In this document: positions 35,476-44,644 of the stretch, piece by piece
How positions within the stretch are numbered: position 1 is the stretch's first letter
Layout of the letters: every line of letters begins with the position of its first letter
Origin: Actinomycetes bacterium
GTDB lineage: Bacteria; Actinomycetota; Acidimicrobiia; Acidimicrobiales; JANYDT01
Direction: 5' to 3'
Assembly: GCA_031368095.1 (NCBI GenBank)
Contig: JANLQX010000312.1
Span: forward strand, 1 to 56,586
Length of the DNA stretch: 56,586 bases
Made by a program: the position numbers and the translations under genes
The notes under the pieces: generated by a model
What the model saw: the letters and a program-made list of their open reading frames with translations, nothing else
Told to the model about the DNA's origin: nothing
Databases searched by the model: none

Positions 35476-37140
35476 TCAGGCAAGTACGAGCACTTGCCCG
35501 GACCGACCGTCGACGCGAACACGGGAGCCGTGGGGAATACGTCGCGAGCCATTGGTCGTGCCGACCACGGCCGGAAAGCCGAGCTCGCGAGCCATGATCG
35601 CAGCATGGCAGGCGAAGCTGCCATGGTCAGTCACGATGGCGCCAACGAGGTGGATCATGGCGTTGAAGGCTTCCCCGGTGGCCGAAGTCACCAGCACGTC
35701 GCCCTCCTGGAGCTCAAAGAGATCCTCGAAGTTGTGCACCACATGGGCCCGACCTTCGTAGACGCTGGCCCCAACGGGGATTCCTTGGATCATCGTCGCG
35801 GTCCCGGCCGCCTCCGGCAGTTCACCGAGGATGGCGTCGATCATGAACCCAACGGCCGACATGAGGCGAGCCATTTCCGGCGGGAGCCCGTCGACCGATG
35901 GCGGCTCAGGCATGGGCGGGCCAATGAAGCGCGGGGCGCCGCTCAAGGTGAGCGCGGTGCGCTGCGTGGCACGGGTCTGGAGTTCCGTAGTGGTCGGGGT
36001 CGCGCTCCCATCGACGAGGCCGAGAAGTTCGACGAAGCTGGCATCGAGCACATCGTTGGCACTGTCCACCCGGCCACGCTCGACCAGCCGTCGGCCAAGT
36101 TCCAACATGGCGAGACGCATGAGTCCGAACGCCGATACGTCGCTGAAGATGCCTCGCTCATCGCGCAGGCGATACATCGTCCGCGCTTCGTGGAGCAGGG
36201 CGTCGAAGGCGACTCGATGTTCCGAGGGCACCATAAGTCGAACTTCGGCGGCATAGGCCAGAGCACGGGCGGTCGCGGCATCGGGCATGGCCGTGAGACC
36301 GGCGGCGAGCTTGCCGAGAATCAGGTCCGGACATTCGGCGAACGTCGGTCGGTGGACATCGAAACCTTCGACCACGCGGTAGCCGGTCGCGGCGACGTAG
36401 TCCGCTACCTCAGGCAAACGTCGGCACAGTTCGGCGAGACGTTTTGCATCGCTCAGTCCACCGCCGTCGATGGTGAGTGCCGTGGCGCTCGGGTCGCGCT
36501 TGATGGCCGCCACGGCATCGGTCATTTCCGACGACACGAGACTGGAGATCGGCGACGCGCCGCCTAGGGCATCGAACAACGCCGCCGGCGCAATCCCCGT
36601 CCACGAACTTGTCTGCAACAGGAAATCGCCGACCGGGATCATGGCTGAAAGGTTGAATCGGTGGTGTTGGTACACCATCTCTTCGAGATGCGCCCCGCAC
36701 GCTTCGATATGCGCGCGTAGGGCCACGTCTGTTAGGCCGCGGAGGTTCGACTCGTTGAGTTCCCTATGTCGGCGCAGCGAGCTCGGCTTCAGCTCGTTGT
36801 CCCAGAGGGTCAGGTCGTCGTTCCAGATCCTTGCGTTAAACGCGTGGGCGGCAACACCGACCCGGCGACCGAACTCAGCCCCTAGTTCCTCCGGACTCTT
36901 CGGCCCGTCAGGGCCAGGCATGTCGAACGGTTGGGGCTGGTGATAGGTAAACCCGTTGACCGTCGACATGGCGAGTCGATCGATCAACGTGCCGTACTTA
37001 CTGCACGTCTCCTCGAACCCCCGGTTGAAGCCGAGCGGATAGAGCGATTGGGCGATCAGGGTGTTCGGTTGCGGGTTGTGGGCGCGGTCCTGCATCCACG
37101 GTCCCGGCACACTGGGTGTCCAACTCGGATCAAAGGTCAT
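35476..37140 (-). CDS. PEP-utilizing-enzyme swivel (phospho-His) domain protein with unrecognised ~430-aa N-terminal region
   Basis: The C-terminus VTDHGSFACHAAIMARELGFPAVVG...VRVDGRSGQV is the PEP-utilizers mobile domain with its catalytic His. The start is the ATG at 37140 or 37158. Confidence 0.6.
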   Translation of the reverse strand: MTFDPSWTPSVPGPWMQDRAHNPQPNTLIAQSLYPLGFNRGFEETCSKYGTLIDRLAMSTVNGFTYHQPQPFDMPGPDGPKSPEELGAEFGRRVGVAAHAFNARIWNDDLTLWDNELKPSSLRRHRELNESNLRGLTDVALRAHIEACGAHLEEMVYQHHRFNLSAMIPVGDFLLQTSSWTGIAPAALFDALGGASPISSLVSSEMTDAVAAIKRDPSATALTIDGGGLSDAKRLAELCRRLPEVADYVAATGYRVVEGFDVHRPTFAECPDLILGKLAAGLTAMPDAATARALAYAAEVRLMVPSEHRVAFDALLHEARTMYRLRDERGIFSDVSAFGLMRLAMLELGRRLVERGRVDSANDVLDASFVELLGLVDGSATPTTTELQTRATQRTALTLSGAPRFIGPPMPEPPSVDGLPPEMARLMSAVGFMIDAILGELPEAAGTATMIQGIPVGASVYEGRAHVVHNFEDLFELQEGDVLVTSATGEAFNAMIHLVGAIVTDHGSFACHAAIMARELGFPAVVGTTNGSRRIPHGSRVRVDGRSGQVLVLA

Positions 37141-37219
37141 GGAAACGTCTCCCGTCATCAGTGCCACCGGCGCGAATGCCGGTGCCACATGCAGTGTCCG
37201 GGAGTGGGCACGCCAGGAG

Positions 37220-37241
37220 CGCGTCACCGGCGCGTCACCGG
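37220..37241. repeat. perfect tandem 11-bp direct repeat CGCGTCACCGG x2 (candidate SARP binding site)
   Basis: It lies in the 173-nt divergent gap, 73-94 nt upstream of the SARP ATG at 37314 and 62-101 nt upstream of the PEP-utilizing gene start. Confidence 0.35.
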
Positions 37242-37313
37242 CTCGTCCCCCAACGTTCGGTCCTCGGTCACCTCCCGTTCGCCCAACGGCGGCTCCGGTT
37301 AGGGTTCGTGATT

Positions 37314-40300
37314 ATGGGCCCGAACGAGCAAGGCACCGACGTGTCCGTTCGTCTTCTCGGCCCGATACAGCTCGTTCACCATGGTGGCGAGATCGTCGAC
37401 CTACCGAGCCCCAGCCAGCGACGACTGGTCGCCATGTTGGGCCTGTCGGCCGGACGAACCCTTCGAACCGAGTTCCTGAGCGAGCAGCTTGGCGTGTCGC
37501 CCGGCGCGCTCCGCAAAACTGTCGCCCGGCTGCGGAACTATCTCGGGTCCAACGTCCTGCAGACACACGCCAGCGGATATCGATTCGACGGCCCGGTCGA
37601 CGCCAGGAAATTCGTCGACGAGGTCACGGCGGCAACCACGTCGACCTCGACCGTCGTTGCTGCCCTTGCCGCGCTCGACATCGCACTCGCGCGTTGGGTC
37701 GGTCCAGCACTCGACGAGTTCAGCCACGAGTCTTGGGCTGAGGCGGAGGCTGTCCGCCTTCAAGAACTCCATGCGCTTGCTATCGAACACCGTAGCGAGC
37801 TATTGCTCAGCAACGGTCGTGGCAGCGAAGCCGTCGCCGCCCTCCACGCCCACATCGCCGAGCATCCAACCCGCGATCGCGCTCGGGGACTCCTCCTCCG
37901 CGCGCTCGCCGTCGACGGTCGCCAGGCCGATGCTCTGCGCGCGTATCAAAGCTATCGGCGGTACCTCGCCGAAGAACTCGGCACCGCGCCGTCGTTGGCG
38001 GTCGTGGGGATCGAGCAGCGAATTGCCGCTGGTTGGATCGGGGTGGACGATCCAAAGGTAAGCGCTGCTCGCACAACTGTCGCTCCTTTCGTCCTCCACG
38101 GGGCGCTGGCCCAGGGCGCGACGCTTCTTGGACGGCAGCGTCAACACCTCGCCCTTCAGGCCGACGCCGCCAAGGCCAAGACCGGGGTGCTTCGAACGGT
38201 AGCGATCACCGGCGAGGCCGGCATTGGCAAAACCACATTGCTCGGCGCGTTCGGTCGTTGGCTTCATGACGGCGGGGCATCAGTCATCTACGGCCGCTGC
38301 GACGAGGCGGTCTCGGTGCCGCTCCTGCCGTTTCAGTCGATCGTCACACAACTTTTCGACGCCGCTCCAGCCGATCTTCGGACGGCGCACCGCACGAGTT
38401 TCGGCGATGCGCTGGCCCATCTCGTGCCAGCACTGGACGATCGCTTGGCCGCGCAGGACGGGAACACGCGGCAATGGGTCGACGCTTCGGCGGCGACCGC
38501 TGACGCAAGCCGTCGCTACGAACTTTTCGAAGCAACCGTTGACCTGATCGGGCGAACGGCTGACCGGCTCGCCGATGAAAGGCGGGGCCCGCTCACCCTA
38601 ATCATCGATGATTTGCACTGGGCCGAGCCGACTGCGCTTCTGCTTTTGCGGCACCTCGTTCGATCAAGTGTTGACCACTCGCTCCTCGTCATCGTGAGCT
38701 ACCGCGATTCCGGCGAGCGAAAGTCCGACGAATTGCGGGCCACCCTCGCCGACCTCGACCGGATCGCCAATCGCCGTGTTCCGCTGGTCGGTTTCGACGA
38801 TGCCGAGTTGGCCGAGCTCATCGCCTTCATGACGAGCGGGTCGACCGTCGAGCACCATACTGGCCTCGTTGCGCACCTGAGCAACGAGACCGGTGGCAAT
38901 CCCCTCTATGCCACCCAACTTGTCGCGCATCTTGTGGAGTCGGGTGCGCGTGGCTGGATTGAAGACCGTGACATGTCCGGCGAGGTCGAGGGTGTTGCCG
39001 CGATGGCGGAAGGCGATGTTCCACCCAGTCTGCGCGACATCATTTGGAGTCGGGTGCGGGCTATCGGCGCCATGGCATCGGAGGTGCTCGGTGCTGCGTC
39101 GGTCCTCGGGGTGGAGTTCCGTCACGACCTACTCGCGCACATGATCGACCTCGACGACGACAGTGTTGCCGCCGTCCTCGACGGTGCAGTCGACGCCGGA
39201 CTCCTCGTTGAACGAGGTGGCGGTGCGCAGACGTTGCGATTCGCTCACGCGCTGGTGGCCCACGCGTTGTACTCGGACTTGCGAGGTCGCACACGCAGCC
39301 AGCTTCACGAGCGCGCCGCGACAACGCTGCTGAAACACGCCGACGTCGCGTCGCACAAGACGATCGTCGAGCTCGCGCGTCATTCAGAGATGGCCGGCCG
39401 ACTCACCGACGCGCAGCATTGGGCGGCGGCCGCCGGGGACTCTGCGCTCGAACACCTTGCGGCGATCGAAGCGTCCCGTTGGTTCAGCTCCGCGCTTGAC
39501 CATGCTCGTGCCTTGAACGAGCCTCCAGCGGTCATTGCGCACCGTTTGCTCCGACTCGGTGAGGCCCAACATCGGGCCGGTGATCAACAGGCACGATCCA
39601 CGGTGCTCGAGGCCGCCACGATCGCCCGTCGGTGCGGCGCCGACGATGTCGTTGTGCGCGCCGCCCTCGCCGACGACCGCGAAATGATGCTGGTCGGCAG
39701 CGTCGACGTCGAACGTTTGGAGAGCGTCGAGGCTGCCCTCGCCGTGTGCGACCACGCTGACACCGATACCTACGCGCGCTTACTAGCACGGTTTGCCCGC
39801 GAACTGATCCACACGCCCCGGAACGCAGAGCGCCAGGAAGCGGCGACAAAGGCCATCGCCATCGCCGAGACGAGCGGCGACCCAAACCTTCTGACCCACG
39901 TTGCTCGAGCCCTGCTCCTCGCCCTCTGGGCCCCGGACACCCTTGCGCTGCGCTGCAGGCTCGTGCGCAGGTCAGCCGAAGCCGCCGATCGAACGAACGA
40001 TCCGTTCCTGCAGTTTCGAGCTCATCACGCGGCGTTCGTGGTCGCCATCGAGTCGGCCGACGCGCCGGCGGCGCGGCGGGCGAAGGCTCGCATCGAGGCG
40101 CTCGCCAGCCGCATGAACGAGCCTCGCCTGCATTGGATGAACGCGTTGGTGAACTCCTTCGAGGCAACGATGGGAGCGCGCATTTCCGAAGGCGACGAAG
40201 CTGCCGCCCGCGCCTTCGCGCTGGCAACCGAGATGGGGGACGCCGACGCGTTCACGATCTACGCCACCCAGATTTTCGTGAGCCACACCTTTGCCGGTCG

Positions 40301-40898
40301 ACATCTGGAGCTGTTTGACCTCATCGCCCAGGCTAAGGAGGCGAACCCCGAAATCATCGCGTTCCAGCTTGCTTACGCGATCATCGCGGCGGCGGCCGGT
40401 CGGACGGACGAAGCGCAGGCTGTACTCGACGCCGGGGCCCGTGATGGCTTCGCCCACATCGCCAACGACTATCTGTGGAAGACCACCATCATCGGCTTCG
40501 CGATAGTCGCCATTGAGCTGAGCGACGCACGCGCCGCGGGTTTGCTCTATCCAATCCTCGAACCATTCGGCCGCGAAGTTGCGTTCAATGGCATCACCAG
40601 CCAGGGGTACATCGGGGCCTACCTCGGCAAGTTGGCGTCGCTCCTCGGGAACCACGACACCGCTGACGAACACCTGCTGGCCGCGCTCACCGTCGCCGAT
40701 GAGTTCGGCTGGGAGTACCACCGGGCGACCACGCTGGTGGCTCTGGTTCTTTCGCGAGTCCGTCGACTCGGCACGCTCGACGAGGAAGCCTCAGGATGGC
40801 TCCGTCAGGCCACAGGCATCTGTGAGACGTTCGGATTGAAACTCATCACGTCGCAGATCGCCATGATCGAGGCGACAGGCACCAACCGCGCTAGCTGA
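37314..40898 (+). CDS. AfsR/SARP-family regulator: OmpR-type wHTH + BTAD + P-loop NTPase + TPR-like C-terminus
   Basis: Sequence: VRLLGPIQLVHHGGEIVDLPS...; the BTAD region reads ALARWVGPALDEF...ADALRAYQSYRRYLAEELG; Walker A is ITGEAGIGKTTLL; the tail is long and helical. ATG at 37314 within ORF 37116..40898. Confidence 0.8.
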   Translation: MGPNEQGTDVSVRLLGPIQLVHHGGEIVDLPSPSQRRLVAMLGLSAGRTLRTEFLSEQLGVSPGALRKTVARLRNYLGSNVLQTHASGYRFDGPVDARKFVDEVTAATTSTSTVVAALAALDIALARWVGPALDEFSHESWAEAEAVRLQELHALAIEHRSELLLSNGRGSEAVAALHAHIAEHPTRDRARGLLLRALAVDGRQADALRAYQSYRRYLAEELGTAPSLAVVGIEQRIAAGWIGVDDPKVSAARTTVAPFVLHGALAQGATLLGRQRQHLALQADAAKAKTGVLRTVAITGEAGIGKTTLLGAFGRWLHDGGASVIYGRCDEAVSVPLLPFQSIVTQLFDAAPADLRTAHRTSFGDALAHLVPALDDRLAAQDGNTRQWVDASAATADASRRYELFEATVDLIGRTADRLADERRGPLTLIIDDLHWAEPTALLLLRHLVRSSVDHSLLVIVSYRDSGERKSDELRATLADLDRIANRRVPLVGFDDAELAELIAFMTSGSTVEHHTGLVAHLSNETGGNPLYATQLVAHLVESGARGWIEDRDMSGEVEGVAAMAEGDVPPSLRDIIWSRVRAIGAMASEVLGAASVLGVEFRHDLLAHMIDLDDDSVAAVLDGAVDAGLLVERGGGAQTLRFAHALVAHALYSDLRGRTRSQLHERAATTLLKHADVASHKTIVELARHSEMAGRLTDAQHWAAAAGDSALEHLAAIEASRWFSSALDHARALNEPPAVIAHRLLRLGEAQHRAGDQQARSTVLEAATIARRCGADDVVVRAALADDREMMLVGSVDVERLESVEAALAVCDHADTDTYARLLARFARELIHTPRNAERQEAATKAIAIAETSGDPNLLTHVARALLLALWAPDTLALRCRLVRRSAEAADRTNDPFLQFRAHHAAFVVAIESADAPAARRAKARIEALASRMNEPRLHWMNALVNSFEATMGARISEGDEAAARAFALATEMGDADAFTIYATQIFVSHTFAGRHLELFDLIAQAKEANPEIIAFQLAYAIIAAAAGRTDEAQAVLDAGARDGFAHIANDYLWKTTIIGFAIVAIELSDARAAGLLYPILEPFGREVAFNGITSQGYIGAYLGKLASLLGNHDTADEHLLAALTVADEFGWEYHRATTLVALVLSRVRRLGTLDEEASGWLRQATGICETFGLKLITSQIAMIEATGTNRAS

Positions 40899-42099
40899 GG
40901 CGTTCGACGATCATGGCCATGCCCTGGCCGCCGCCAACGCACATTGCTTCGATGCCAATCGTGCCGTCGGTCGCGGCAAGTGCGTTCAGCAGCGTGGTCA
41001 TGATGCGGGCACCGGTCATGCCAAACGGATGACCCAGCGCGATCGCCCCGCCGTAGATGTTGAGCTTGGCGTGATCGATGCCGAGATAACGCATCGAGGG
41101 GATGACCTGCGCAGCGAAGGCTTCGTTGATCTCCACCAGGTCCGCGTTGTCCATGGACAGACCGGCGCGTTGCAGCGCCAGGCGACATGATGCAACGGGT
41201 CCGAGGCCCATGATCTCCGGGTTGATGCCGGATACTGCGGTTGAGAGGATGCGGGCCAGCGGGGTCAGGCCGAGTTCACGGGCTCGATCTTCGGACATCA
41301 CGATGACGGCGGCGGCGCCGTCGTTGAGAGGGCACGAGTTGCCGGCGGTTACGGAACCATCGGGCCGAAAGACCGGCCTGAGTAGTCCGAGCCCGGCGAG
41401 GGTGGTGTCGGGCCGCGGGCCATCGTCGGCAGACACGGTCGTGCCGTCGGGCAACGTGATCGGCGTGATGTCAATTTCGGAAAAGCCTGTGGCGATCGCC
41501 CGAGCGGCGCGTTGTTGGGATTCGAAGGCGAAGCGGTCCTGCTCCTCGCGGCTGATCTTTTCGATCTGAGCCACGTTTTCGGCCGTCTGACCCATGGCGA
41601 TATACACATCGGGCGGCGGTTGGGGGGTCCAGACGGAAGTGCCGATACCCGAACGATGGGCCGAACGGATTCGGGCTTCTTCGAAGGCGGGATTCTCGGT
41701 ATCGGGAAGGTTGTCGGAGCTGCCCTTGGTGAAGCGGCTCACACACTCCACGCCGGCGGCCACGAAGGCCGTGCCCTCGCCCGCGCGAATGGCGTGGGCG
41801 GCCATACGAATCGTCTGGAGCGACGACGAGCAGTACCGGTTCACCGTGGTGCCTGGTGTGTCCGGCAGCCCGGCCAACACACTGACGACGCGTGCCATGT
41901 TGAAGCCCTGTTCCCCGCCGGGTAGACCACAGCCGAGCATCAGGTCGTCGATCTCGGTGAGCGGAAGACCGGGCACCTTGGCCAGTGCGGCGATCACCAT
42001 TTGGGCGGCAAGGTCGTCGGGTCGGATGTCGACGAGCGAACCCTTGAAGGCCCGCCCAATGGGCGAACGGGCGGTGGCGACGATGACGGCTTCGGGCAT
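40891..42099 (-). CDS. acetyl-CoA C-acyltransferase (thiolase)
   Basis: Motifs: MPEAVIVATARSPIGRAFKGSL, NRYCSSSLQ (active-site Cys), GGAIALGHPFGMTGAR, CVGGGQG. Confidence 0.85.
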   Translation of the reverse strand: MPEAVIVATARSPIGRAFKGSLVDIRPDDLAAQMVIAALAKVPGLPLTEIDDLMLGCGLPGGEQGFNMARVVSVLAGLPDTPGTTVNRYCSSSLQTIRMAAHAIRAGEGTAFVAAGVECVSRFTKGSSDNLPDTENPAFEEARIRSAHRSGIGTSVWTPQPPPDVYIAMGQTAENVAQIEKISREEQDRFAFESQQRAARAIATGFSEIDITPITLPDGTTVSADDGPRPDTTLAGLGLLRPVFRPDGSVTAGNSCPLNDGAAAVIVMSEDRARELGLTPLARILSTAVSGINPEIMGLGPVASCRLALQRAGLSMDNADLVEINEAFAAQVIPSMRYLGIDHAKLNIYGGAIALGHPFGMTGARIMTTLLNALAATDGTIGIEAMCVGGGQGMAMIVERLS

Positions 42100-42244
42100 A
42101 TCCAGAATTCCTCAGACAACGAAGCGGCGTCCGTCCGCCTTCCTTGTGAACTTGTGAAATCTAGAAGCGGCCGGGAGAACTGCCTACCGTTCCGCCCGTG
42201 ATCATGGTCACAGCTCTCAGCCGCGTCGAGGTTTCGCCACCACC

Positions 42245-42328
42245 CCCGAGCCGCCCACCGCGCACCCCGAGCCGCCCACCGCGCACCTCCAGCCTGTCAG
42301 CGCGCACCTCCAGCCTGTCAGCGCGCAC
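42245..42328. repeat. four contiguous 21-nt units (AABB): CCCGAGCCGCCCACCGCGCAC x2 then CTCCAGCCTGTCAGCGCGCAC x2
   Basis: Each pair is a perfect tandem copy. Units A and B are 15/21 identical and all end in GCGCAC exactly 21 nt apart. Confidence 0.95.
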
Positions 42329-42454
42329 ATCGGCGCAGAATCGGCAAAGAACCGACAAATTTGGCCGATGTGCGCGGGATTTGGCCGGATCTGCGCGCCG
42401 GCCGCGCCGATGTGCGCGGGGGAAGGTGCGCGCCCGCAGCGCCGATGTGCGCGC
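42321..42454. repeat. inverted-repeat / motif cluster: GCGCGCACATCGGCGC (42321-42336) versus GCGCCGATGTGCGCGC (42439-42454), plus further GCCGATGTGCGCG-like copies
   Basis: The long-range inverted repeat is a perfect 16 nt. Further copies lie at 42363-42377, 42383-42398 (degenerate), 42404-42419 and 42426-42434. (G/C)TGCGCG cores start at 42370, 42391, 42412, 42427 and 42447. Confidence 0.9.
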
Positions 42455-42467
42455 AGAGGCCCGTCCG

Positions 42468-43292
42468 TTAGGGGCGGGGCAGGCGGGCGAAGACGGGGGG
42501 TCGCTTTTCTAGGAAGGACCGGACGCCTTCACCGAAATCGTCGCGGCCGAAGCTCTCCACCATGAGCTTGGCGGCCGCCCGCTCTGCGTCGCCCAGACCC
42601 ATATGGATCTGCTCGTAGACCTGGCGCTTCATGATGGCCATCGAGGTGGGCGAGCACGTCACTGCGAGTCGTTCGATGTAGCGACGACAGAACGGCACGA
42701 GGTCATCGGCCGCCACGAGGTAGTTGGCCAGGCCCAGAGCCAGCGCTTCCTCCCCCCCGACCTTGCGCGACGACATCAGCAGGTCGAGGGCGACGGAAGG
42801 TCCGACGAGCCGGGGCAGCAACCAGCTCAGTCCCCACTCCGCAATGAGCCCCCGTTGCGCGAACGCTGTGAGGAACACCGCGTCGGGCGACACGACTCGC
42901 AGATCGCAGCACAGCGCGAACGGAAAGGCCATGCCCGCGACCGCTCCGTTGACCGCGGCGATGATGGGCTTGTCGATCGTCATGACGTACGGGAATCGTC
43001 CGCTGAAATCACCGGTGCCGTCGACGGAGGGCGCCGCCACCTGCTCCCGGTCCGCCGTCGATCCCTCGCGAGACGAGAGGCTACTGAGCGTCTTCATGTC
43101 GGCGCCGGCACAGAACGCGCGACCGGCTCCGGTGACAATGATGCCCACCACGGCCGGGTCGGCCGCAGCACGTGCCAGTGCGTCGTTGACCTCCACCCCC
43201 ATGGCATCGGTCCAGGCGTTCATCGACGCCGGGCGGTTGAGCGTGATCACCGCAACCGGATCGGTCACTTCGTAGAGAATATCTGTATACAT
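42468..43292 (-). CDS. enoyl-CoA hydratase/isomerase (crotonase family)
   Basis: ATG at 43292 (MYTDILYEVTDPVAVITLNRPASMNAW). Oxyanion-hole region GAGRAFCAGADM. Confidence 0.85.
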   Translation of the reverse strand: MYTDILYEVTDPVAVITLNRPASMNAWTDAMGVEVNDALARAAADPAVVGIIVTGAGRAFCAGADMKTLSSLSSREGSTADREQVAAPSVDGTGDFSGRFPYVMTIDKPIIAAVNGAVAGMAFPFALCCDLRVVSPDAVFLTAFAQRGLIAEWGLSWLLPRLVGPSVALDLLMSSRKVGGEEALALGLANYLVAADDLVPFCRRYIERLAVTCSPTSMAIMKRQVYEQIHMGLGDAERAAAKLMVESFGRDDFGEGVRSFLEKRPPVFARLPRP

Positions 43293-43297
43293 ATGGT

Positions 43298-44542
43298 TCA
43301 GGCCAGCCGCTCGATGATGATGGCCGGGGCCATACCGCCGCCGGCACACATGGTGACCAGACCGAAGCGGCCGTCGCGTCGTTCGAGTTCGTCGAGCACC
43401 GTACCGATAAGCATCGCTCCGGTCGCACCGATCGGATGGCCGAGCGCAATGGCTCCACCGTTGACGTTGATCTTCTCGCGATCGATGTTGAGGTCACGAA
43501 TGAACTTCTCCGTGACGACGGCGAATGCTTCATTTACTTCGAAGAGATCGATGTCGTTGATCGTCAATCCCGCCTTGGCGAGCACCTTGCGGGCGGCAGG
43601 AACTGGCGCATTGAGCATGAGCGTCGGATCGTCACCGACGTTGGCGATGGCCACCACGCGCGCCCGCGCCTTGAGTCCGTGGGCGGCGGCATAGGTGGGG
43701 TTGGTGATGAGCAATGCGGCGGCCCCGTCGACGACACCGGACGAGTTGCCGGCGTGATGCACGTGGTCGATGTCGAGCCCCGGATAGCGCTTCAACACCA
43801 TGGAGCGATACGTGTTGCCGTCGTCGTCGAGGACCATGTCGGCGAGGGCGGCAAACGACGATGGAAGCTGACCGAGGCTGTCAGCCGTGGATCCCGGACG
43901 GGGATACTCCTCGCGATCAAGGGCGACGGTGCCGTCGGCCCGCATGACCGTGACGAGGCTCTTGGCGAAGCGCCCTTCGGCGATGGCAATGGCGGCGCGA
44001 CGCTGCGATTCGGCAGCGTATTCATCGAGGGCGCGTCGTCCGATTCCTTCGATGGTGGCAATAGCGTCGGCCGCCACCCCCTGGTTGGTCTGCGGGTGGA
44101 GGTCGCGCAGAACGAGGTTGCCGCGGTCCATAAAGGGCAATCGCGGTCCGCCCTTGGCGTTCACCCCATGGCTCGACATCATTTCGCAGCCGCCGGTGAT
44201 CACGACGTCTTCAAGACCCGACATGACCGAAGCCGCACCGATGTTCGTCGTCGTGATTCCCGAGCCGCAAAAGCGGTCAAGGGTCACCCCGCTTACGGTG
44301 ATGTCGTAGCCAGCGGTGAGGGCCGTCATCCGGCCGATGTCCCCGCTCTGGGTGCCGTTCTGCGACGACGTTCCCCACACCACATCATCGACATCAGCAG
44401 TATTCAGATTGTTACGTTCGCGTAGTGCTTTGAGCACGGCCGCACCGAGCACCTGGGGATGGATGTCGGCCAGCGAACCCTTCCCGATCTTCCCGATTCC
44501 TCGGGGGGTTCGGCAGGCATCAATGATCAGGGCGTCGGGCAT
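43298..44542 (-). CDS. acetyl-CoA acetyltransferase / thiolase family protein
   Basis: Motifs: MPDALIIDACRTPRG, DRFCGSGIT (Cys), NGGAIALGHPIGATGA, CAGGGMA. Confidence 0.85.
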   Translation of the reverse strand: MPDALIIDACRTPRGIGKIGKGSLADIHPQVLGAAVLKALRERNNLNTADVDDVVWGTSSQNGTQSGDIGRMTALTAGYDITVSGVTLDRFCGSGITTTNIGAASVMSGLEDVVITGGCEMMSSHGVNAKGGPRLPFMDRGNLVLRDLHPQTNQGVAADAIATIEGIGRRALDEYAAESQRRAAIAIAEGRFAKSLVTVMRADGTVALDREEYPRPGSTADSLGQLPSSFAALADMVLDDDGNTYRSMVLKRYPGLDIDHVHHAGNSSGVVDGAAALLITNPTYAAAHGLKARARVVAIANVGDDPTLMLNAPVPAARKVLAKAGLTINDIDLFEVNEAFAVVTEKFIRDLNIDREKINVNGGAIALGHPIGATGAMLIGTVLDELERRDGRFGLVTMCAGGGMAPAIIIERLA

Positions 44543-44644
44543 CGGAGGGGGTCCTTTTGGCAGTGGCGCGCCGCTGAGACTTGCGCGTGGGGTGACGTTA
44601 CCGGTTGGCTTTGGCTTCCCACCAAGTGACGCTCAAGGAATCCC

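Noticed and set aside
37314-40898. The large P-loop NTPase plus TPR protein as an Avs/STAND-type antiphage sensor.
   Set aside because: The N-terminus is an OmpR-type winged helix plus BTAD, the standard AfsR/SARP transcription-activator layout. No nuclease, protease, TIR or other effector domain is present.
42245-42454. Possible CRISPR array.
   Set aside because: The repeat units are contiguous with no unique spacers. They are only 21 nt long, come in two variants plus inverted copies, and no cas genes are nearby.
42161-42512. ORFs 42198..42512 (+) and 42161..42358 (-) encode 7-aa peptide repeats (SRPPRTP/SLSARTS and VRADRLE/VRGGRLG).
   Set aside because: The heptad periodicity follows directly from the 21-nt DNA repeats and appears on both strands at once. 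There is no Shine-Dalgarno. The composition is Arg/Ser/Pro-rich, typical of out-of-frame GC-rich DNA. I treat the region as non-coding repeat DNA.
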